Assembly: GCF_018977255.1 (NCBI RefSeq)
Contig: NW_024704742.1
Location: 94,428,001-94,492,000, forward strand
Reading direction: 5' to 3'
Origin: Callorhinchus milii
Lineage: Eukaryota
Length of the DNA stretch: 64,000 nt
Below the pieces are notes generated by a model that saw only the letters and a list, made by a program, of their open reading frames with translations, was not told the origin of the DNA and did no database searches. The translations under genes and the position numbers were made by a program. Of the stretch, positions 51,636 to 63,755 are shown piece by piece (positions within the stretch are counted from its first letter, which is position 1; each line of letters opens with the position of its first letter).

Positions 51636-52704
51636 TGCTTTAAGAGAATACTCTCTCCGCCCTTCCCCCACTCCAGCTGTGGTAAGAGAACCTCGCTGCA
51701 GCTCGCCTGAGAGTCTGTAACCTGCTTTTGCTCCTAAAGGCAGTTAGTTACCCATTAATGTTGGATAATAAAGAACGCTTGAAAAATCTTGAGGTCATTT
51801 AGAACGAGGTCACCTTTTCTGTGCAACCACTGAACAAGCATTTTCACAGTAACTTGTAGCATTTTTACAATAGCTTCCCTTCTTTCTCCACTGCTCCGAA
51901 AAAAANTCAACCCCTGGCTTCTCAAAACAATCAGCACAAAAAACATGTCCATCACAGCACAAATTCTAGTTTGAACATCAAGAACAACCACGTTCGTTAT
52001 ATAGCACCTTCACATAGGATCACATCTTGGGAGTGCTTCAAAAGTTCTTCACATCAGTTCAGCATCTGAGTTTCTTTTAATAAAATAATGCTTACACATC
52101 AGAACGAAGAAGAAAGGCAAGTCTGTCTTCTCTGAAGTAAAATTTAATGCTTATGATTACAGTTTTTGCTATTGCCAAACTTAATATTAGTGATGGGAAA
52201 ATCTTAGCTGTTTATGATTTTCTTCTCTAAGGGGAATCCCACTATATGGTTGTTGGAATTCAGAAACCCTGACGTCAAAATACGTCAGGGTCCATTAACA
52301 AATTAACAACCTGCCTTAGTAGTGAGGCAGTGCTATACTGAAGGACATTATAATGGGGTTCCTTTATATTGTCAAAATATACACTTAGACCAATAGCCTG
52401 CAATTACAAAACTAGCCAGTTCTAGTGTTAAAATGATTTGTTAACATCCATCAGCTAAACAATTTGCACATCTACCTTTATCTGAATTTATTTCATGTAC
52501 AGTACAGGCACATATGCATGAATTAATTTTATAAATCTCTCAGCAGGTACTGCTGTGCTAATATCATAACCAGTTACAATAATACTGTATTTAGTCATTA
52601 TGGCCAATTAATAAGTCAATGGTACTGAACACATTATCTAAAAACAACTGATACAGTATTACATTACCAAACTATTATAGTCAGTCAGTTAATCTCATAT
52701 CCTT

Positions 52705-52887
52705 ATAATACTTGCATTTGATACAGTACCTTATCACGTCATCGAGATGTCGCAAAGCGCTTCACAGGATACACTGTAAAATGTAGTGACTGTGTGTTTT
52801 GTGGACGAAACGAAGCAGACAATTGCGCACAGCAGTGTCCCACAGACAGTTGTGATTGAGTGACCAAATTATTAATATTATTATTAT
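52705..52887 (-). mobile_element. SINE 3' half
   Basis: Antisense tail and Deu core. Confidence 0.88.
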
Positions 52888-52902
52888 ATCCTGTAGGCCT
52901 GT

Positions 52903-53175
52903 GGAGTCCTGTAGCTTAGTGGTTAGAGCTCTCATCTCTCAAGCGAGAGGACCTGGATTCGATCCCCGACACGGCAAAACATTAGGCAAGTTTCCTTACT
53001 CCACATGCCTGTTTACCTAGCAGGAAGTAGGAACCTGATTCTGTGCGCAATTGGCTGCCGCTTTCACCCACAAATATACAGTCAATTCACTTTACAGTAT
53101 ATTCCGTGAAACGCTTTGAGACGTCTGGAAGATGTAATAAGGCGCTATATCAGATGTAAGGATTATTATTATTAT
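52903..53175 (+). mobile_element. tRNA/Deu SINE, long form with internal deletion
   Basis: Head, then a jump from GGAACCTGATT to CTGTGCGCAATTGG, then tail. Confidence 0.88.
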
Positions 53176-53546
53176 ATAGCATAACAGCAGAATATAAATA
53201 AAATTTCAACCATTGCCTTCGTCACAGTAAGGAGGGGGTGTTGGGGAAAGAAAGACCATTGACTTGTTATTACAATTAATTACCATCCTTATAAACCTCT
53301 TGGAAAAATATTTATTAAAAAATTACATTTGCACACTTTCCAGTAGATTGGAGATTCAAACAGCAGAGCCAGGTAGGTCTGCAGTGCTCCAGGACACTAT
53401 TAATGATTAACCTGATTGCATTGGCACAAGTAGACTTGTCACCGGGGATGTGAGCTTCTTCCTACTTCAGTTCCTGCAAACCATTGCCTTAACAGGTAAG
53501 ATGTTCCTAGGTGGACAAGCACAGAGAAGCTGAACAGTGCCTCAAG

Positions 53547-53833
53547 CAGTGTGGTCCAACTGGCAGCCTGTGGGCCACATCTGGCCCAGGGAATGATTTA
53601 ATCCAGCCCACGAACCATTTCCAACTTCATTGTCCGACGAGCAAACACAGGTGACACGTTCAGGAGATGGTCACTAAGGACCCAAGCTCTGGCTGGCACC
53701 GGGACTATCCAATCAACAACAAATTACATTTGTATAGTGCCTTTCAGATCAGGAGGACGTCCAATATTGCTTATGCGGCCTGTGAACGTTTCCCAAATCC
53801 AGCTCTAAGCAGCAAAAAGGTTGGACCGCCCCA
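53547..53833. mobile_element. hAT (Charlie-like) non-autonomous element with an internal L2 tail
   Basis: Left end CAGTGTGGTCCAAC..GTGGGCCACATCTGGCCC..ATCCAGCCC; right end ATGCGGCC..AAAAAGGTTGGACCGCCCCA; L2 tail at ~53714-53763. Confidence 0.6.
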
Positions 53834-54630
53834 CTCTAAGCATTCTGAGGGACTTCTGCTCCACGTCAGACTACCAGCCTGAAAATATTTAATGTCAAGA
53901 TTTTGCAGTGAGCCAATAAACCTTGACAACTGATGGTCCTGCTCAGAATAAAGTATCACTTCCACAAATCCATTTTCACATAGGCTGGGCTAAAAATAGG
54001 TCATTTAAAAAAAAACACAGAGGGTTCTTAAAAGGGTTATTGCTTAAAACTGGTAAATGTTTTCTTCCAACAATGGCAAATCTATCCATTCTTTTCACCA
54101 CAACAACATCATCCTAATTTTTATGATTGAGTCATTTTACCAATGGCTCCATTTAAAATCCACAGAAAACTGAGTTTGTAAATTCTGTTTCTAAGCGATG
54201 ACTTGATTTCCCCCCACCCCAACTTACAGTTCAGACAACAACAAATAAGTTCCTGGATGGACTTCATCCTAACTTCTTGTTTGTGTGTGTGCATATATAT
54301 AATAAATATAATTATATATAAAAAATACATGCACACACACACACACACACACATTCTCTTTCTCAAATTCTCCTTTCACTCCCACTCCAAGCCTTCTTCC
54401 CATTTTGAAAGTTTTGACCACTGTGTCATCATTCGCTACAATTTCTTCAGACTAGTGGAGGTTGTGAAAATTTATACTGGATTATCGAAATTTCCCTTCT
54501 TCCTACAATTTACTTCCTCTTGCAAAACAACCAAGCTTAAACCCCAAACTTTGAGTCACCAAACCACTGCAATATTTCTTGATTTATTTTGCTCTCACTC
54601 CCACTCTCCCAAACCTACACTATCAACCTT

Positions 54631-54946
54631 AATAATAATAATAATCCTTGCATTTGATATAGTGCTTTTCACGTCTTCTGGACGTCGCAAAGCGCTTCAC
54701 AGAATATACTGTAAAGTGAATTGACTACATATTTGTGGGCGAACGCGGCAGCCGATTGCGCACAACAATGTCTCACAAACAGTCGTAGATTGAAAATGAC
54801 CAATTTATTATTGTTTTGGGTTTTGGAGGGATTATTATTAGGCGTGTGGAGTAAGGAAACTTGCCCAAGGTTTCGCCCTGCCTGGAATTGAACCTAGATG
54901 TCTCACTTGCAAAGCGAGTGCTCTAACCACTGAGCTACAGGACTCC
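54631..54946 (-). mobile_element. Young tRNA/Deu SINE, short form
   Basis: Full head, core and tail. Confidence 0.95.
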
Positions 54947-56849
54947 ACAGCCTTGCCCCCACCTCCCCCTCATGAGGTTTCCCAATTTGAAAAAAGTGCC
55001 ACACGTGATGGAAATAAAGCAAAGACCCCAAAGCTTAATTTCAGAGTAAACATTGCTCTCTAATATTTCTGTCATTCCTCACATTAAGCGCTCTGAGACG
55101 CCATCTGGCGTGAAGGGCGCTATATAAATGCAAGTTGTTGTTGTTGAAGGCTACATTTCTAAAGCATGCTTATCTATATTATGGCCTACTCAATGTGAGG
55201 TGAAAAATGTTCTGCCAAAGAAGGAATAATTCCATGCTCCTGATTCTTTCATATCACTAGAAAGTGTGTGGAGTTGGGGGCAGGAGTCAACATTTTAAGA
55301 TGTCAATTATATTTAGTGCTTAATACTGTAATTGATGAAAGCTACCAGATTCACGTTTATGCTCTAATCTGACAGACAAAACAAATCCCCAATCCGTTCC
55401 ACTGGCAAGATGAGTGCCAGACATTTAGCAATTCACATAAATTTAATATGAAGGCTACAGGGCATTGCTGTGAATAATGTAGGCAGAGATCAATTTGAAA
55501 ACCCCAGGGAAAAGACCCTTAAATATTATACTGAATGGAACGCAGGCCACTTCTACAGGGTGTTTTTATTGGACAAGGGGGTGGAGATGCAGGGGGAGGG
55601 GATTGAGAAAAAAAAAGAAAAACCAGTGGTTAAAGTGTTTACATTTCATTTCTTACAGCTCAAGATACATCAGACATTTCTCTACAGCTGCAGCTCAGTG
55701 AGATTTGCAAGTTTTTCTGAATCGAAAGAGCCAACATAGAAAAATAATTTTTCTGCAAATACAGGGGCCATTCAGCCCATCGTGTCCGTGTCACTTCTAT
55801 GTTAATTGTTACAAATGAAAGCATGGGCAACAACCCAAAATGTATATTTCTGAAGATGTCACACTAACCCAGAGCACTGAATATCCTCCTTTTTAATAAG
55901 GGATTTTGCTGAACCGCAACTGCTACAAAGGACCTTGAAGGTTTTTAAGTTAAAACCAGTGAATATGTAATGTGTTTTTACACGTTTTGTAATTTATTCA
56001 GTTAAAGCCATTTCTCTCTTTCTCAAAACCTGTGAAACACAAAGTAACCGGAGCTGCAATATCTCACCTGTTCTGAGCCTTGTAGAACATTTTGACTTAA
56101 AATTCAAGGCAACTTAGAATTATGGATAATGGTTGAATATAGTCTTGGTTTAGAAGTTAGTCTTAAAAAGATCTGGCTTCCAAATTCAGATTAAATTTAA
56201 GAATTTTCCACACTTGTGCGTAGAGTCAAAGTACCTTGAGCCTTACAGAAAGATCATAGAGGGTCAGAGCAACAACAATAACTTGTATTTATGTCCTTTC
56301 ATATTGGGAGCAAGTACCAGAACTGTATAAAGGGTCATCACAGCTTAAACCCAATGTGCTTGCTAACACAGAAAACCCACATTAATCTTTACAAATTTGA
56401 GCACAAAGGAAAAGGGATTTCTAATCTAAACCTATTTCATTTTCTCCTAAATCACATTACAATTACTACTAATCCTACATTTAAGCAATATTAATCTTGC
56501 CATGGAATAAAGTTAGATTTACAACTCGTCTGTTTGCATCCGCAAAATTGAGCAAAAACTGGATTTGAAAGGTCTACGCTAGAAACCTTGCAAGAAGAAG
56601 TAGCTCATTAAAATAACTAACTAGAAAAAATTGAGGAAAAAATGTGATGCCTATTAAGCAGTCACATCTCATTATATTAAAATGGCTAACCTCTGGGTTG
56701 TCTGGTTGCCGGACATGACTTGCTGAATGCTGCACATGTATACTTAGCATTGGAAGCCAGTCAGTCTTCTGCAGGTATACAGGCACTGACCAGCTCCTGT
56801 TATATAGGTAGTTTGGAATTTTATGGACCCCAACTACTATCTTATAATG

Positions 56850-57343
56850 GGATTCCTGTAGCTCAGTGGTTAGAGCACTCGCTTTGCAAGCAAGAGACCT
56901 GGGTTCAATTCCAGGCAGGGCGAAACCTTGGGCAAATTTCCTTACTCCACACACCTAAAAATAAATCGGTCATTTTCAATCCACGACTGTTTGTGGGACA
57001 CTGCTGTGCACAATTGGCTGCCGCGTTCGCCCGCAAATATACAGTCAATTCATTTTACAGTATATTCTTGAAGTGCTTTGGGACTTCTAGAAGACGTGAA
57101 AAGCGCTATATCAAATGCAAGGATTATTATTATTATTATTATAATAATCCCTCCAAAAACAAAAACAATAATAAATTGGTCATTTTCAATCCACGACTGT
57201 TTGTGGGACACTTCTGTGCGCAATTGGCTGCCGCATTTCGCTCACAAATATACGGTCAATTCACTTTACAGCATATTCTGTGAAGCGCTTTGAGACGTCG
57301 AGAAGACGTGAAAAGCACTATATCAAATGCAGGATTATAATTA
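56850..57343 (+). mobile_element. tRNA/Deu SINE followed by a second 3' half in tandem
   Basis: Full SINE 56850-57141, then AATAATCCCTCCAAAAAC + core + tail again to ~57343. Confidence 0.92.
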
Positions 57344-57798
57344 TCTTAATTTCTCTTCTCTGCAGAAGTCGCTTACTCCTTTGCTGCAGTGTGCTTCCCC
57401 TAAGGCCCTTGTCCAACAATGCTTACTCCACGTGCGAGTTGACCAGCAAGTGTCAGCAAGTTATTTGACCATGGGCAGCCAACTCTAACCTCATCCTCAC
57501 CTGTGGCTTGAAATCCCCTATGGTTTTAGTCTCATCAATTTAACAACTCAAAAAAATTAACATTGTGACGAATTTTGGAGAACAGTTTTAAATTCAGTCT
57601 TCATTCGGAAGCCGATTATCTGCATTTCTTTTTGGGTACTGTGAAAAGAACAGCTTAACTTGAATTTAAGGAGCATTTACCAAAATTCTGTGTAATCTTG
57701 AATTTTCAGACTGTGGTTGTTAATCTTAGAATATGAGGAATTTCAGGTTCCAATGTCCACATAATGCAGGGTTTCCAACAGGGGTCATTGGATAGCAA

Positions 57799-57925
57799 AT
57801 AATAATAATCTTTGCATTTGATATAGTGTTTTATCACGTCATTTACAATATATTCTGTGAAGTTCTTATCAAGTCACTTCACAGAATATATTGTAAAGTG
57901 GATTGACTATGTATTTTGTGGGCAA
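57799..57925 (-). mobile_element. SINE tail fragment containing a perfect inverted duplication
   Basis: (AAT)nCTTTGCATTTGATATAG; see finding at 57842-57897. Confidence 0.8.
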
Positions 57926-59012
57926 ACAACCCCGATGGTGAGAAACCCCAATGTTTTTCTCTATTCCTTGCCTAGGAACGCCAAGACCAAGTCTAGTGCC
58001 CCAACAGAGAATAACTAATGCACCACAGATTACAATTCCAATCTGTGAAGTTCTTGTCGGTATGGTTCAGAACACCAAGCTTTTACATAGTAGGCTATCA
58101 GAGATGCCATCTGTCACAGTTTAATAGAGCAACGAGAGGCTCCCCCGCTTCTTGGCATATTGCAGATATCAAACTCCAGCTTAGAGTAAACATTCAAATA
58201 TTCAGTGTAACTTTCAATCAGCAGCTATCCAGTTACTGCTGCATAGTGAGATTTATACAACCAAGGACTTCTAAATACTGCTCTGGTTGAAAATGTAAAT
58301 TATGATCTCTGGCAATCTCAGTTATGCATAAAATTGTTGGAGTTTACAGCACTTTAGAGATAGTGCCAAAATAAAACAAACCTACAGCTCAGTATTAAAA
58401 CAAGCTGTGTGTATGAGAGAGGGTGGGGAGGGGCGGCGGGGGTGGGGGCGAAGATTTGTGCACTTAAGAAGGTTTAATATTTGGCTCCTAAATATGCTTG
58501 CAACTTATTATTATAATTATTATTTATTATACCGAGAGTTAAAGCTGAACACTGAAGCAAGCAGCAATAAAGTCACAAGCAGATTCTACTGATCAGGTTC
58601 ACGAGGATACACCATCCAAAAGTCATGAAGCATTTCATATATTTATATAGCTCAGAGATTCATCTGTGGCAGACTTATAGCAGAAGTACCACAAGCTAGA
58701 TATTACTCCATACCATTCCTGATAAACAAGTTGAATCTCCGCCCCCCCCCCCCAGCCCAACCCACCCACAACACGCTTCCCTCTCCTTCTACCCCGTTCC
58801 CCTCAAATCCCCCTCTCTCTGTCTCTGTAACCTTTGTATTGCCGGTTGTGTTGCGTTGCAGCTGAACCAAGCATTTGTTGTGATTTTGTTTCCGCAAATG
58901 ACAGGCCACAGTAATCAAAACGATACAGTCTACTCAACAAAACAAAATCATTTTTGATTCCTGAAAAGATAATGATGCAACAGATTTAAATATGGAGAAA
59001 GTAACTACCACT

Positions 59013-59365
59013 GGAGTTCTGTAGCATATTAATTAGAGCATTCACCTCGCAAGCGAGAGGACCCGGGTTTGATTCCTGGGCAGGGCGAAACCTTAGGCAA
59101 GTTTCCTCACTCCACACACCTCTATTTACCTAGCAGTAAGCTGGAACCCGGTTGTTAGTCAATCAGCGGATCGCTTCCTGGGGGTGATAATGCATTCAAA
59201 ATAAATAAATAATAATTTGATCATTCAATTGACGACTGTTTGTGGGACACTGTTGTATGCAATTAGCTATCGTGTTTCACCCACAAAATACGTAGTACAT
59301 TATTTACAGTATATTCTCAATGATGTGATAAGGCCCAATATCAAATGCAAGGATTATTGTTATTA
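59013..59365 (+). mobile_element. tRNA/Deu SINE, long form
   Basis: Head, long segment, core, partly deleted tail. Confidence 0.88.
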
Positions 59366-59709
59366 CTGGTAATATCCTCCAATTTTCTCCCTTCCTCCCG
59401 AGTGCATTCAGCGCTCCAAAGCACTACCCTGTGTAAAGGGTTTCTACAAATGCAATCTGTTGTACCTATAATGTTGGGTTACAGTTCCAGTCACCAGTAC
59501 TTTGCCCAGAGGTACATACGATCTGAGACAGCAAATGTTGGTAGGCTATTCGATAGGGCTATCATCCCTCCTCAACTGAATGTCCACACACATGCATTTT
59601 CCAATGGGGTCACTGGATGGCAATTTGCAGAGTGGAATCTTGGGTGGTATTCTCCCGTAATCTTTGAATCAAGTCTCTTATTTGCCACTCTATAAAACAA
59701 TAGATTCCA

Positions 59710-60060
59710 GCCTGGCTCAGTTGACAAGATTTTCACCTCGAAATCAGAAGATTGTGGTTCAAGCCCCTACGTTGGAACTTTGAGCCCATTATGTAGGCTG
59801 ACATTCCAGTGCAGTGCTAAGGTGCTGTCCTTCGGATACAATGTTAAACAAATGTCCCATCTATCTGTTCAGGTGGGCGTTCAAGATCCCGTGGTACTCA
59901 CTTCAGGGCTTATTTGTGGAACATTGCTGTGCACAAATTGGCTGCTGCATTTGCCTACATGTATCCAGTCACCGACTGCACTTTGCAGTAAACTCTGTGA
60001 CGTACTTTGAGACATGTCAACGACATGATAAGACACTATATCAATGCAAGATTATTAATT
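59710..60060 (+). mobile_element. Old tRNA-headed Deu SINE (SacSINE1-like)
   Basis: TGGCTCAGTTG..TCAGAAGATTGTGGTTCAAGCCCC head; TTGCTGTGCACAAATTGGCTGC core. Confidence 0.75.
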
Positions 60061-61169
60061 TTTAATGCTTTAAAATCTAAATATGCTACATCCACTGATT
60101 TCCATTTATATTTATACTCAGAAATTTCCTAAAAAAAATTCAACCATATCTTCCCTTCACAAATCCAGGTTTCTTCTTCTACCTCTCCTTCCAAACCCAA
60201 ATTAGGAGCTCCAAATTGTGAACTGGTGAAGAATCGTCCAATTAGGTTACCATATATAGCATAATGGAACAGGTCATTCGATCCCTCGAGTCTGCATTTG
60301 TGATTTTCTCTACTACCCTGAAGTTTTCTCAAGAACTTTAAACTTAATCACAATAATGATACTTGGGGGACATACTGCGATTTTCCATTCTGCAATCCAA
60401 TGCAATGTTAGCAATTTCTCCTCACAGGTAAGGTTCCAATCATTCAACAGCAGTCATTGCAAGAAATGCTAAGCAAATAAGAGTCACTGCAAGATATATT
60501 TTAGCAATCAGAATCCTTCTTGTGAACAACAGATCTCTTCATAAGTGCTACCTTCAGAAGCACTACTCGTTTAATTATCTGCAGCAATAATTTTTATTTC
60601 ATTTTAAGAGTGGATAACAGTGCCTTAAATGCAATCCTTCCAAATCAAGTGGGAATAAAATTAAAATAGCACAAACTACCAATATCATAGGAAATGTTGT
60701 ATTGTGACATTTTGTTGATATTCCACAGTATCATAAATTTGTGACAATAATACAGAACACACTGATCCGAGAGCCAGGGATTACAATTCAATTTCTTTGC
60801 CCCCTTTCCCAGCTCCAATTCTCTCCTCTCCTCTAATAACTCACATAGTTCAAGACAGTTGAGCAATTGGTTTGGCATCAGTAGGTTTGGGAGATTTCAA
60901 AATTATTTTAGGTTGATTTTATAAAATGGTACAATTTCATGGGAGGCAAGTGGGTTCTCTCTGGCATTGAGCTGATTCCGAAGTCAGCAGTAATCCAAAG
61001 CATTGCTGATACTTTAGCTCCTCAATGACTCTTGGCAGTGCAATCTTCAACCCCATAAACTACAACCTTAATGAGTGGTGAGGTCCTACCTGAACAAAGG
61101 GTGTTGTGGGGTTAGCATTTTCTTTCTACTATTTTTTAAAAACAAGTCCCCATTCTGCTGCAAAGCGTT

Positions 61170-61534
61170 ATAATAATAATCCTTGCATTGATTTTAGTGC
61201 CTTATCATGTTTTCGAAATGTCTCAAAGCGCTTCACGGAATATATTATATAGCGAATTGACTATATTTTGTGGGGAAAACGTAGCAGCCAATTGCACACA
61301 GCAGTGTCCCACAAACGGTCGTGGATTGAGTAACCAATTTATTATTTTTTAAAGGAATTATTATCCCCGGAAAAGCAATCCGCCAATCGACTAACAGCCG
61401 AGTTCCTCATTACTGCTGGGTAAACAGAGGCGCGGGGAGTAAGGAAACTTGCCCACCGTTTCGTCCTGCTGGGAATTGAATCCAGGACTCTCGCTTGAGA
61501 GGCAAGTGCTCTAACCACTGACCTATAGGATTCC
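61170..61534 (-). mobile_element. tRNA/Deu SINE, long form
   Basis: Full head, core and tail. Confidence 0.9.
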
Positions 61535-61686
61535 ACAGGACATTATGTGTGAGGGGAGAATTGAAATTTGCTAGGTTGTATCCTCCTGTTTCTCCCCACT
61601 GCAAATGCCTACGAATGCTCATACTCTGGACTCCGATGAAGAATGTGTCACTTACGTGAGGGAGAGTGCCCACACATGTAACTGTA

Positions 61687-62113
61687 ACAACAACAACAAG
61701 ATTCCATTTATAGAGCGCCTTTCACATCGGGAGGACGTCCCAAAGCGCTGGACAGTTGGGTCAGGACCCGAGCAGGGGGGAAATGGTGAGGGGAGGGAAG
61801 GGAGAGGGCGAGGAGCGGGTAAAGTGTCGAGAGGGGAGCTGAAGGTCAAAGAGAAAGGTCTTGAGACCGGCCTTGAAGGAGGAAAGGGAGGAAGCAAAGC
61901 GTAGGCACTGGGGGATAGAGTTCCAGAGCCTGGGGGCTGAGAGGTTGAAGGCCCGACCACCGATGGTAGGGCGATTGGGGCGGGGGATGTGGAGCAGACC
62001 GGAGCCAGAGGAACGGAGGGTACAGGAAGGTAAGTAGGGGGATAGTAAGTCAAAGAGGTAGGAGGAAGCGAGGCCGTGAATAGCCTTGTAGGCGAGGATG
62101 AGGATCTTGAATT
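61687..62113 (-). mobile_element. Young L2 3' fragment
   Basis: Antisense FKILILAYKA..GGR.F..LWNS region and (GTT)n tail. Confidence 0.95.
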
Positions 62114-62229
62114 TGACCGCAACACAACTCTGCTTTCAAGAGGCAGGAAATGGGGGAGATAAAAAGAAGAATAAACATAGCATTCTCATCTCGAAAGCAA
62201 AGTACTTCTAACCAAGCCTCTAGAGCAGT

Positions 62230-62516
62230 CCTTAGGCAAGTTTCCTTACTCCACACACCTCTGTTTACCTAGCAGTAATTAGGAACCCGGTTGTTCAGTC
62301 GATTGGCGGATTGCTTCCAGGGGTAATAATCCCTCCAAAAAAAAATGTGGTTGCTCAATCCACGACTGTTTGTGGGACACTGCTGTGCGCAATTGGCTGC
62401 TGTGCTACACCCACAAAATACAGTCAATTCACTTTACAGTGTGTTCTGTGAAGCGCTTTGGGACGTCCTCCCGACGTGAAAAGCGCTATATCAAATGCAA
62501 GGATTATTATTATTAT
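62230..62516 (+). mobile_element. SINE lacking most of the head (long-form middle, L2-type loop)
   Basis: GGCAAGTTTCCTTACTCC..long segment..GGGACGTCCTCCCGACGTG tail. Confidence 0.9.
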
Positions 62517-62529
62517 ATCAACAATACAA

Positions 62530-62730
62530 TCATAGAATCAGTCAATTTTACAGCACAGAAGGAAGCTATCGACCCATCGTGCCGATGCCAGTTCTTTGAA
62601 CAAGCTACCAACTAGTATTCCCCACTCTTATCCCATAGCGCTGCAAATTTTTCCTTTTTAAGTTCCTATCTAATTCTCTTTTGAATGTTATTATCAAATA
62701 GCTTTCTTTTAGGTAGTGTACTCCAGTGCT
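62530..62730 (-). mobile_element. CR1 3' end (old)
   Basis: CATAGAATC..ACAGCACAGAAGGAAGCTATCGACCCATCGTGCC..CTATCTAATTCTCTTTTGAATG. Confidence 0.7.
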
Positions 62731-62959
62731 TAAGTAGCTACATCAAATGCAAGGATTATTATTATAAACCACACTTCTTTGTTCCTGGAAGCTAAATTTA
62801 GTATTTGGTTAGATCGCTCTGACTGCAATACACACATACAAGTCGACTGCTACAGCCAACTCCCCTTAGAGCCAGATTCAGCTGCCATCTTCATTTAATC
62901 CATTTAATTTATGTAACATTCACACTACTACATTGTAGGCAAAACAGAAGAGAACCATA

Positions 62960-63755
62960 CAACAACAACAAGATTCCATTTATAGAGCGCCTTTCACGTC
63001 GGGAGGATGTCCCAAGGCGCTGTACAGTTGGGTCAGGACCCGAGCAGGCGGGAAATGGTCAGGGTGAGGGGAGGGAAGGGAGGGAGCGAGGAGGGGTAGA
63101 GAGTCGAGAGGGGAGCTGAAGGCACGGTCAAAGAGAAAGGTTTGAGACCGGCCTTGAAGGAGGAAAGGGAGGAGGCGGCGAAGGCACTGGGGGATAGAGT
63201 TCCAGAGCCTGGGGGCTGAGAGGCTGAAGGCCCGACCACCGATGGTAGGGCGGTTGGGGCGGGGGATGTGGAGCAGACCGGAGCCAGAGGAACGGAGGGT
63301 ATGGGCAGATAGGTAGGGGGATAGTAGGTCGGAGAGGTAGGAGGGAGCAAGGCCGTGAATGGCCTTGTAGGTGAGGATGAGGATCTTGAATTCAATCCTC
63401 TGGGGGATGGGGAGCCAGTGGAGGCGAGCGAGGGTGGGAGTGATGTGGTCGCGAAGCCTGGTGCGGGACAGTACACGAGCTGCAGAGTTCTGAATGACCT
63501 GCAGCTTGTGGAAGGAGGTGCCGGGAAGGCCGGCGAGGAGAGAGTTCCCATAGTCCAGCCTTGAGGTGATAAAGGCGTGGACCAGAGTTTCAGCAGCGTG
63601 AGGGGTGAGGTAGTGCCGTAGTCTGGCGACATTCCGGAGGTGATGGAAGGCGGTGCCAGTTGTGGTGCGGATATGAGGGAGAAAGGACAGCTCAGGGTCG
63701 AACAGAACCCCGAGGTTCCTGACTGGCTTTGAGAGGTTGAGAGTGCAGCCTTGGA
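62960..63755 (-). mobile_element. Young L2 LINE, 5'-truncated, C-terminal ORF2 largely open
   Basis: ORF 62980..63783: VRNLGVLFDPELSF..FITSRLDYGNSLLAGLP..LHWLPIPQRIEFK. Confidence 0.97.

Noticed and set aside
54203..54724. 173-aa ORF (also 56720..57283, 49845..50336, 17502..17900)
   Set aside because: Made of microsatellite and SINE read-through (e.g. [12 protein letters not shown]); no protein-like content.
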